From: Perkinsela sp. CCAP 1560/9
Lineage: Eukaryota; Protista; Euglenozoa: Kinetoplastea
Reading direction: 5' to 3'
DNA: 64,000 bases
Assembly: GCA_965644495.1 (NCBI GenBank)
Contig: CBFFSA010000009.1
Location: 558,001 to 622,000 of the forward strand
The translations under genes and the position numbers were made by a program. Positions 54,202 to 64,000 of this stretch are shown here, piece by piece; position 1 is the first letter of the stretch, and each line of letters starts with the position of its first letter. The notes under the pieces are model-generated. The model saw only the letters and a list, made by a program, of their open reading frames with translations, was not told where the DNA came from and did not search any database.

Positions 54202-54803
54202 AGCGTATAATAAATGTAAATAAAAATCTATATTTATTTAACGTAAAAGACTAATCAAGACCTGTGCATTTGAATGAACGCAAATTCATTAATGAATGGA
54301 AATTAATTTAATTTTAGGTATTTTCCTTTACAAAGACAGCTAGATTTACCTGTTTGTAAACAAAAATAAGTCGTCAAAGTGATCAGAGACAACGAATACC
54401 TGGCACAAATTAGTCAATACGCCGAAAGATTCACTCGAAATGGTGCAACAGGTGGCAACATCGTCGAATCTCCGTTCAAATACGCAAGAATCATAGCTTG
54501 GAATATCTAGGAATCATAGCTTGGAAGGTATTGATGACAATGTTCCAGAAAATAATCGCATTGAGGTACAGGGGGGTACACTACAATTTGTGAAATGAGT
54601 CCATGGCTAACTTTTTTGTTGTATTCGGCAGCTCCCGCCTGGAATTATGGAGAGATACAGGTACGTAGGTAACGTAGAGCTCTCGAATCTTGTAAAAATC
54701 GGCAAAACGTAGAAAACAATTGATTTAGATTTCATAGAGGGGGGGGGGTCAATATGACGCAGACTGTATACGCGTTTACTTTTCTTTTGTTTTTTATCAA
54801 GTT

Positions 54804-55355
54804 TTAGGCTCTCCGTTAAACGCGGTGGTTGTTTTCAACTTAGAAGTCACTCATGCAACGCTCTTCGCGTTGAAAATTACCACTGCGTGTAACGAAGTGC
54901 CTAAAACAGAAAAACTGGATTCGAAAGCTGGAGAAACCGGAAGGATTGTAGCCAAAAATAGCCGATTTTTGGGCAAAAATAGGGTCATCTTTGCGTATTT
55001 TTGCTCTCAGAGCACCGAGTCTGACATTTGCGTGTGGGAAATCACTCGTACGCATGAATTCAAGGCTACATAACGTAATGGGTAGAGAATGCGACTTTAA
55101 TCACACCATTCTTCCGACACAAAAAGACCCCTTTGGGTTCGAAAAATCCTTTTTCACATTTTTCAGTCAAAAACTGGTCATTTTGTGGGGCGCACCACGG
55201 CTCCAAGAAGGCGTATCTGGTGAAAACAACGACGTGATCTTTTTGGCATTTTTTCATTTTTAGTCGCTTCAATAAATGCAAAGGTAGTTTTCAACTCGAA
55301 GCACGAAGCATGAGTGACTTCTAAGTTGAAAACAACCACCGCGTTTAACGAAGTT
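54804..55355. mobile_element. Element bounded by two inverted ~100-bp palindromes
   Basis: Palindrome at 54804-54905, shared core, degenerate inverted palindrome at 55262-55355. Confidence 0.65.
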
Positions 55356-55616
55356 AAATTCAATGAAGCACATCGAAAGTGTACAACTTTCGATGAATCT
55401 TCATCGAAGGTGTTTTTCACTTTTTTTGACTTTTTTTAACTTTTTGTTTTCGAACGAATTTTTCCATTGGCAGTTGAAAACACGTTGCATGAAACATATA
55501 ATTTCATTTTAAATTCAATAATTTTTTGTTTTTTTGTCTGAATTCTGACTTTCCGTTTTCTTTCACATTTTTTAATCACTAACCAACAAGATCCCCTTAA
55601 CGGAAACCCGGACGCC

Positions 55617-57571
55617 ATGCTCCGCAGTTTTGTTGCTCTTCTCGAGGCGGCGACTTACCGAGAGCATAGGCGTGGCCCACTTGGGGACGCCCCAGCCACA
55701 GTTCAAGACCCCCGCCTTCTGAATCCTGCGCTCTGGCGTGACGTACCTTTACGTCCGGTTTGTACTCAGTGTCCTGCGTTCAACTGCGTGAAGCGTTGGC
55801 GCAGTGTCGCAGATATCCTCCTTGGTGCGGACGCCGAGAGTTGGATGCGAAACCATGGTTTTCTTTCTCCCTTGTCCTAGAGGTCTCCCTTGTCCTCCCT
55901 TTCTTTCTCCTCTTGTCCTAAGCACGGTGTTGCGCATACAGGGGGGTAAATCAGATGCTGCAGGGGGTCTAAAAATTGCAAAACCCTTCTAATTTTGGAA
56001 AATGATAGCGCATTCGAGAGCTCTCGCAGAGTTCTATGTTTTTGCGCTATTTTCACCCAAAAAGAAAGCAATTGTGTTTATGGCATTTCTTTTAAAGTTT
56101 TTTTGCCACTCTAAAATTTGCAGTTTTTCCCAAATTTGCTCATTGTTTCGTTTTTTCTCCATTTCGTCGCAGTTTTATGCCGCGAAAGCGATCCCGTTCT
56201 ACGCAGAACAAAGGATCTCTCTCCGATAGATCTCGTTGTTTTGGACTTTCCCCCAAAAATCCCCAGATCTTAACCCCATTGAAAACAATTGGGAAATTAT
56301 GGATGCCTTTATTAAAAAAGGTACAGATCCAGAAAATAGGACTGAACTCTTGTTTTCTATTGAAAGAGCGGTTGATTACATTAAAACAGATGGTCACGAA
56401 ATGCTCATTAACTTTAAACAGCGTGCCGCGGCGTTTCGACATAGTAGTAGAAAAAATAGGAGAAAGTTGTAATTATTAGTCATCTAAAACCCTTCTCACA
56501 ATTTTTATGTTTTGACGTTTTTGGGCTTCTTGTCAGTTGAACATCCCCCTATACCCCGGGAAACTGCCTTTTCTAAAACATAGAACTCTGCGAGAGCTCT
56601 CTAATGCGCTATCATTTTCCAATTGGATTTTCCATTGGAAAGGTTTTGCAATTTTTACACCCCCCGCAGCATCTGATTTACCCCCCTGTATGGTGGACGT
56701 TCCTGGAAAGTCCCACATACAAATCTGTAACCACCGAGAGTCTGGCTCTCGAAATGCCTGCAGAATCAAGAAAGGCAAATTTGAACCTTACATTTCGATG
56801 CGCAGCCATCCCACTCCAAGTATTCTACTACTCATCTGGGCCGACATCGCGAATCAGATGTGTACCGGCCAGATTTGTCACAATAGAGGGGTGGGTCGCA
56901 GAACTGTGCAGGAGGTTCTACGCTCCGCGGCGGATGCAGCCCTTGCTCAAGAGCAGATGGATCAATATGAATTTTCCCGAATTCAGGTTGATGAAACCTT
57001 TATAAGGAAACGGAAATATCAGCGGGGGAGGCGACAGCGCAAACGGGGGTGGTGGTTTGCGACAGTTACCGAGATTCGAGGTCAAGAAATGGGAAGAACC
57101 CATTGGAAGCTAGTGAAACGAAGAGATACGGAAACTCTTCATAACTTTATTCTTCCTCACTTGACAAGTGCGAGGGCTGTCGTGGTTAGCGACTGTTGGG
57201 GGGCGTACACCACACTGGGTGACTTTTGTCGCCACCACGCTGTGAATCACAGCGTGGAGTTTGTGAACTCCCAAGGGTACCACACGAACACCGCTGAAGG
57301 GTCACATCGCATCATAAAGGACTGGGTGCGGAAACAGCACTACAATTTTGGTGCCACGTCCTTGGAATTGATGCGAAATGTGGCCCTTCAGTGTGCGAAG
57401 TTGGGGGACGTCCACAACGGGCGAGAGACCGCGTGGCAAGTTCGCATGGCAAACCTTTTCACGTGCTTCCTGGAATATTACGGAAGTGATGTAGATGATT
57501 TTGAGGACAGTGTCAGTTTGAGTAGTTGTCCGTCAGATTACATAAGCGAAGATGATTTCGTTTCAAGTTAG
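55617..57571 (+). pseudogene. Merlin family 2 transposase, copy B, split by a Tc1 derivative
   Basis: IQVDETF, VVSDCWGAY, HTNTAEG; rejoins as CPKHGVAH|MVDVPGK; element spans about 55365-58156. Confidence 0.9.
55939..56688 (+). mobile_element. Internally deleted Tc1, related to 12524-14079
   Basis: TIR CAGGGGGGTAAATCAGATGCTG; TA TSD; MPRKRS.. fused to FPQKSPDLNPIEN. Confidence 0.92.
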
Positions 57572-58369
57572 ACTGACAGTATTACAATGGAAGACAATTA
57601 ATATTTCCTTTTTTTGTACATAACGAACTCATATGTACATAGTTTGCTGGGACTCAGAGCTGAATCTGACTGGCTAAAATAGAACCAAGAAAAAATGAAA
57701 AAAAAATAGAAAAAACTAGTTTTGGGCGCCGAAAATTACTGCATGCAAGGATTGAATCCTTCTCCAGACAAAGATTCAGTTTCTGTAGCCCTCATCTGGA
57801 GGCAAAAGCCCCCGTTTGCGAGCAAGGCCCAACTGTGAGCGTAGCCCTGGGACATAATAATATTTTTCGGCGACACGCGCGCTGGAGCGCGCGGGTCGCG
57901 CACCGAGAACCTGTGTTTACCCCTTCCGCAGGATTGTCGCTCAAAATATGTATATTGATCAGTCAAAAACGCTTCGATGAAGATAAACTGAAAAAACGGT
58001 GAAATTCCTATACGAGCCTTCACAAAACACTACGATGAAGCACCAAAAAAGTCAAAATGTCTATACGGATCCGCGAAAACCCTTTCCGTGAAGATTTGAA
58101 AAAATAAATAAAAAATCAAAAACACCTTCGATGAAGCTTCATCGAAGGTCCCCCCTACCCTATATGACAACGTACTACTTATATAACTAAACTCGAAGAA
58201 CGTGTATCTAGATGCTTTATAGTAAGCTAGTTTGTAGGTTCGCAAGTCATTTGGCTAGTTTGAATGCTCATGAGTGAGTCACTTTGAGTTTAAGCGGCGA
58301 GCTAGCTAGTGGATTGCTTCTTCGTTCTTTAATTTCGTAAAATTCGTTTCCGGTAGATGAAAAATTCGT

Positions 58370-59172
58370 CTAGAAATTTCGTAAAATCCACCAATGATAA
58401 AAAACATGCCTGTTGCCTGCAATGGCCCCCCAAATCATTATTTTTGTCGAATGATGCGTTCTTAATTTGTAAACAATGTCAGTTTCGCTTTGCCACGCCC
58501 CTCTTGAAAAATCCCCTGCCTCCATCCAAGATTCGTCGGAAAGCACCAGCAGACCGAAAAATACGCCGTTTGTAGTTGCATTCTCTTTTAGCATTGCGAG
58601 ACAGAAAGCGACTCGTGCATTCATTTGGCGTTGTGACAGAGCTAAGTTTGGTGCTTTGGCTTCGAAGGAGTAGCCACCGTAATATAGAAGGGCGCGCAGA
58701 CGAAAACGAGGAATTATGAGACAACCGCCGCTCATTTCGATGAAAGCACATCTCAAGCTATTGAGAGAGCGGTGCGTCGGGTGAGCCGCCACTTGGCCCT
58801 TGCGCTTCGCTAGGTTCACTTACAAAGTTGTCGACGTCAATGGGGACGTGCTGCTGAAGAGGGGTGTTCAGGTCGAGATTGGAGTGAATTTTCTGGACTT
58901 TTCCTCTTGTCGATGCTTTACCCCTTCATCCCTCCCCGGCTCACTCTCCTGGAGTGAGTTTGCTTCCCTCTCGGCTTGTGACGTGATGACAAAAGGAAAG
59001 CAACATGTCAAAAACTTAAAAAAAGTTCAGACCATATGGACTCAAAGCGGACGCTCAGGTGTCAAAAAAATCGTCAAGTGTTTTCGTCCATTGAAACAGC
59101 TTAGCTTTAGCGGGTGCGGCTTGGTGCGGCCGGGTGCGCCAAGTAATTGTAATTTTGGCGATCCACCCCTCT
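58370..59172 (-). pseudogene. Tc1-like transposase relic with one terminus
   Basis: SDESW...KIMIWGAI; end CACCCCTC|TA with GGTGCGG repeats, also seen at 1570-1628. Confidence 0.65.
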
Positions 59173-59248
59173 AATTAAGGTACCAATAATTAAGGTACCA
59201 GAAATTAAGGCAATAATTATGTGCCAAAAAAAGTTACCTTAATTTATG

Positions 59249-60610
59249 TTATTGCGGTGGTTGTAAAACTACCGCTCTACACTCGATTATTGAAAAAAAA
59301 GTGAACAAAAAAACTGAGAAAATATAAAGAGGAACACAGTAATATAATAGAAGAAAAAAATATAAAAGGGGGCTCCGGTGGTCCAAAACTGAAAAAAAAA
59401 TTTGAAAAAAATGGGGGGTCCAGGGGGGGGTCCAGGGGGGGGGGGTCCAGGGGGGGGGGCATGGTCGAGCAATTTTTTTCGAAAAAATTAGTTTTCGAAA
59501 AAAAACCGCAGAAAGGGTAGCCGGGGTCTTGGCGCGCATTTTCCACCCCCCTACCCGGGGGTGACCCCCCCGCGTATCCGCAGGACGGGTCCGCCAAGTT
59601 CGGATTTTTTCGGAAAAAAAAATTTGAAAAAAAATTCAACTTGGCGAAAAAAATGACAAAAAAACTATTTTTCCAAAATCGTTTCCCCTATTGTATTTTG
59701 ATAGTTTGGGGCCTACACTAGCTTTCTACGCAGTTGTTTTCGCAAGGTATCACTTCTTCTAACCGTGATGCGCCCCTCAAAATGACCCATTTTTGACTAA
59801 AAAAGGTGAAAAAGTATTTTTCGGAACTAAAAGGGCATTTTTGTGTCGAAAGAATGGTATGGTTGGAGTCGCATTCTCTACCCAATACGTTCGGTAGGCT
59901 TTCAATCATGCCTGCGAGTGATTTCCCACGCGCAAATGTCGGATTTAGTGCTCTGAGAGCAAAAATATGCGAAAATGACCCCATTTGTACCCGAAATTCG
60001 GCTACTTTTGGCTATAATCTTTCCGTTTTCCAGGCTAAATTTTCTTTTTTAGGCTCTTCGCTAAACGCGGTGGTAGTTTTCAACGCGAAGCGCGCAGCAT
60101 GAGTAACTTCTAAGTTGAAAGCAACCGCCGCGTTTAACGAAGAGCCTAAAATTCTTAATTAATGTTTTCACGGTAACTGAGGTCCAAAACTCTTAAAATA
60201 CGTTTTAGGAGTCGATTTTGGAAAAATAAATTTTTACTTTTTTTTTTATGGCCAAAAACAATTATTTTTGGTCACCCCAAAAATTTCGGAAATTTTGACC
60301 TTGTCGGAACCCTCCTGAGCGTACCAGGGGGGGTGGAAAATTATCGCCGCGGCCTACTCTACCACTTTCCTGCGCTCGATTTCGAAAAGCAAAATATTCG
60401 AAAAAAAAATTTTACGTATACCCCCCCATGGACCCCACCCCTAGACCCCCCATTTTTTTCAATTTTGTTTTTCATTTTTGGACCACCGGAGCCCCCTTTT
60501 ATTTTTTTCTTCTATTATATTACTGTGTTTCTCTTTATATTTTCACTGTTTTTGTTCACTTGTTTTGCAATAATCGAGGGTAGAGCGGTAGTTATACAAC
60601 CACCGCAATA
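59249..60610. mobile_element. Long-TIR (about 190 bp) non-coding element
   Basis: TATTGCGGTGGTTGTA... at 59250 is inverted at 60420-60610; no clear TSD. Confidence 0.7.
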
Positions 60611-60804
60611 CTTTATACCAGACCAATGATCGGCAAAGGCCACATGTCTTCCCACGCCTCTGTGTAAAATGATCACAACGAAAATATATAGAACTCCGAT
60701 TCTGTTGAAATTATATTTCCGTCCCCCTACAACCTGTTCCACGCAAATCGTTGGATCACAACCTGTTGGATCACAACCTGTTCCACGCAAATCGTAATAT
60801 CCCA

Positions 60805-62109
60805 CTACTGATGTACAAATAGCGTTGAGTCAATATTTGTCTCTTCCACGCTTACTGTGAATAATTTCTGGGGCATAATCGATTTGTCAAGGACACCTTC
60901 AAGCTCAGGATTACCGAAAAGATGGATGACTGTGATTCTAGGGGGAAGATTATCAAAACAGACCTCGCCAGAAAAACAATTGTTTTTACAATGCAGCGTT
61001 TCCAATGTTTCAGGCAAGCTATCCAACTTGAGCCGTCCGGTGAATGAGTTGTCTGATAAATGCAAATTGAACATTCTATGGGGCAAACAAGAAAGATCAA
61101 CAGCGCCAAAAAGCAGATTGTTGTTTAGCTTCAAATTTTCCATTTCCGATGGCAAGTGAGTAAGGTCGACGTTTCCTTCAAACAAATTACAACCTAGGTT
61201 ATGATCATACGCTCGTGGCGCAGAGATACGTCTCTCTGTGTGACGGCCGATACCATCGGCGCATGACCCGCATACGGCGGGTGTCACACAGAGAGTGGAG
61301 TGCGAGGTAGGAGACGAGACGCCCATCGGTCATGCTACAGCACGTATAGCCATGGTTCATGCTGCAACACGGTCAAGCCGTGGGTTCATGCTGTCAGATG
61401 GTCTATCGTGGATCATGATGCATCATGGGGAGGTCCGTTACCGCCGCACTCGCTACAGCATGTAGGGAGAGAGGGGTGCAAGTTCGCATCCCCTATACAC
61501 GCATACAACGTGTCCTCCCGCTGTAGCACGCCCAGTGGTCCTCAAGGGAGGCCACCATGGCGCATAGCTCCCGGGAGAAGAAAGCACGAGAAGGAGAGAG
61601 CCGGGGAGGGAAGAAAGCTCACTCGAAGAGAGCGAGCCGGGGAGGGGTGAAGAGTGCGAAGTGCGTCCCCTGTTGTGTGTTATTAATGTTTGCGGTAAAT
61701 GCGCTAATTCCAACTTTCCAGAAAATCTGTTCTCCTCGAGATTAAGAGTCACAAGTTCATGTGGCAGCGAGTCTAGAGGTACAGTACCGTTCAATTCATT
61801 TCTTGCAAAGATAATCGTCTGCAATGTGCGGGGTAGCCAATCAAAATTGAGCGACCACTTCAACTTCCAATATTCGATGTGTATGCTCGAGACGCTCTTG
61901 CCATACTGGCAGGTCACACCCGTCCACCGGCACGCCCATGTTGATGCCTTCCACGAGTGATGCGATTTGTCTATGTTTTCGAAAAGCCGTACGAGCTCAT
62001 GTTCCTGTGGTAAGTTTATCCCGCTTCGAACTCTACCAGGGCGTCCACGCTCTAAATTCACAGACACGTCGGACCCGTAGCAGAGACGAAGTAACAGGCA
62101 ATCATTCAT
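60805..62109 (-). pseudogene. LRR gene interrupted by a ~470-bp insertion
   Basis: ACRWTGVTC cap; removing 61204-61677 gives LPQTLITHN|LGCNLFEG in frame. Confidence 0.85.
61204..61671. mobile_element. Unclassified insertion
   Basis: Flanked by GTTATG/GTTGTG; part is homologous to 58925-58975 (inverted). Confidence 0.6.
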
Positions 62110-62512
62110 AAACGAGAACTGGGAAAATACTTCCAGAGATATTGAAAATGTCTTAGAAATATAGTATAGGTATACTTCCTTAGAAATGGAATGAAAAGTA
62201 AATTGAAAACAGAATGTCTCAGAAATAACTTTGTAAGTCATTGTCAGTGTTTGGACTATTATTGTAGGAAAGAGGCAGAGGTAAATTGATTAATGTGTAA
62301 GTGACGCTTTGGAATCGGTACCCAATTTTCCTAACCACTGTTTGAATCGTTTTCTATAAGGTTCATATATAAGATACACGTATGTACGTCTGCGAGAGCT
62401 CTCCAATGCGCTATTGCTTTCCAAACTTGGATATTTTTACCAACACTAGACTACCCAACAACTTCCTTGTAGACCCCCCGGAGGATATTCTTCTCCGAGA
62501 GCGGCTCTGCTC

Positions 62513-64000
62513 CTATTTTCGTATCGAATGTTCCACCGTGCATCTTAACAGTGCATTTCCTAAATAATCACAGAATTCCATGGCGTGTTTCCCATCCAAA
62601 GGGTCGAATTTCAAAGAAACGGGTGGGGATTTTCGATCCGTTTCGACTTTCTGTGTTTGATGAAAGCTACGCTCCGTTTTCTTCCCCTCGGATGATTTGT
62701 CATCGTTTGCTTTCAGTTCCTCGTGGTGAGAAAAATATGAAGCTGCGGTCCTTAATGGGTGAAACTCTGGGAGGGCTTCGACAAGAGACGGGATGCAGCG
62801 TTCCATAACATGTCGCAGGACAGGAATAATAACCGTCAACGTGTCCTTCTCTTCTTTGAGAAAAACATTAAGGACGCGCAGGGCCTGGGTGTAGGGGTAG
62901 ATGAACTCTGCGTTACGCTTCGTTTCAGATGATGTAACGCAACAACAGGTGACTGTATTTTGATCGAATTTGGTTGCTGCCAACCATTGATCTTGTGTCT
63001 GGACTTGTTCCTGTTTCTCCGTGGTTGTTGCTGGGGTCGAAGCATGTCGTAACAGTCTTGTCAGCACAATGTTGTAAAGGGTGACACGGTAGCCCGACTC
63101 GCAAGGTGGAAGCTGATCTCGATCCTCCGGGGATCTTTCGCGCGACACATTGCGCTCAACAGTTTCTTGCGGGATCTTGGGAATCAAGGATCCTGTCTGA
63201 CTGCTCTGTATTGTGCTTCGTAACCGCTTTTGCAACACGTGGAGAGACGTGCACCAGCACGATTGAGAACGTCCAAGCAAGGCAAGCAGTGAGGCAGCTT
63301 CACGATCTGTGAGTGTGGATCCGTATTTAAGGAGGAGAGGGCGCAGAAGTTCTGATTTTCGTGCCTCGGCAAGTGAGTAAAACAGAGCAGCACACGGAAT
63401 GGCATTGTAATGTGCCAGCCCTCCATTAATATCATTAGAGTTCTTTGTTGTGGGCTTTTGTTGATACGTAGTTGGTGTACCTTGACCTCCGCATTGTTCG
63501 GCATACAACCGCAGTGCGATCTCCCATTTCCGCGCTCGTCTCATCTCACGAATTAGATTGTGATAAATGCGGATATTTAAGCGTCTTGGTGGAACAAGGC
63601 AATGGTGAGTTTCCGTCCCCGATAAGGCCTCCGCGTAAATGCTGTTTTGCCGTTGAGCTGTATCTACATAGAGCATACAGGCAAGACTCCATGGAGGCGT
63701 ACGTTCTTTGTAGCGACCTCGACTCATGGTGACTTCACGGGAAACGGGCGGAGTTTTTCTAGACAGAGAGAAAACGTTCAGCACACCATCCAGTAAATGA
63801 ACAAGGGCGTTCTGATATTGCAAGGCTATGGGTTGATTTGGGAACACCAGAGACCGTGGTGTATTGTCCGTGGAAAGAATATCCAATGTATCGCCCCTGT
63901 TTGTGGCAGGTTCACAAGTTTCGTCCCTGCCTGACGAAGAGCCATGTTTAACAGAATACGTGGGTGTCGCCTCAAAATCTTTACTAATTCGGCGAAAATG
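62513..64000 (-). CDS. PPR-like helical repeat protein, 5' end outside window
   Basis: IYHNLIREMRRARKWEIALRLY and LYNIVLTRL motifs; frame is open to the window edge. Confidence 0.55.
   Translation of the reverse strand, partial: HFRRISKDFEATPTYSVKHGSSSGRDETCEPATNRGDTLDILSTDNTPRSLVFPNQPIALQYQNALVHLLDGVLNVFSLSRKTPPVSREVTMSRGRYKERTPPWSLACMLYVDTAQRQNSIYAEALSGTETHHCLVPPRRLNIRIYHNLIREMRRARKWEIALRLYAEQCGGQGTPTTYQQKPTTKNSNDINGGLAHYNAIPCAALFYSLAEARKSELLRPLLLKYGSTLTDREAASLLALLGRSQSCWCTSLHVLQKRLRSTIQSSQTGSLIPKIPQETVERNVSRERSPEDRDQLPPCESGYRVTLYNIVLTRLLRHASTPATTTEKQEQVQTQDQWLAATKFDQNTVTCCCVTSSETKRNAEFIYPYTQALRVLNVFLKEEKDTLTVIIPVLRHVMERCIPSLVEALPEFHPLRTAASYFSHHEELKANDDKSSEGKKTERSFHQTQKVETDRKSPPVSLKFDPLDGKHAMEFCDYLGNALLRCTVEHSIRK

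Noticed and set aside
43424-60150. 910-bp inverted repeats as ends of a 15-kb composite transposon carrying FAN1, symplekin and Tipin
   Set aside because: No TSD; the left copy is nested inside another element; the family is dispersed; the enclosed genes keep the cluster orientation.
1-64000. tRNA, rRNA genes or cis-spliced introns
   Set aside because: None recognisable by eye; the interruptions examined are explained by insertions or decay.

Overview
This is eukaryotic nuclear DNA, most likely from a kinetoplastid (Perkinsela-like; the organism is an inference). All recognisable host genes are intronless and on the minus strand, as in a polycistronic cluster: CRT-like transporter, Obg GTPase, zinc-ribbon protein, NPSN-type SNARE, SPT6, SUV3, CDC45, FAN1, symplekin, Tipin/Swi3, a PPR-like protein and four short LRR genes. 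Two spliced-leader (SL)-like sequences are present. The intergenic space is full of mobile elements whose ends and target-site duplications (TSDs) can be read directly. Main observations: (1) A HERO-like RLE non-LTR retrotransposon (9635-17999) and a 453-bp non-autonomous element (18609-19061) both start with the same SL-exon 3' end, share a 3' tail and are flanked by ATAA(A) duplications, which suggests an SL-headed LINE/SINE pair. (2) A bacterial-type IS30 element (11596-14578) is inserted cleanly into that LINE and is itself interrupted by a Tc1, within a five-layer nest. (3) Repeated C-rich to G-rich strand-skew switches lie inside host coding sequences. (4) Merlin, Tc1, pogo, hAT-like and CRE-like elements are present, and two LRR genes are knocked out by insertions. 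All family assignments come from motif recognition by eye; no database search was run.
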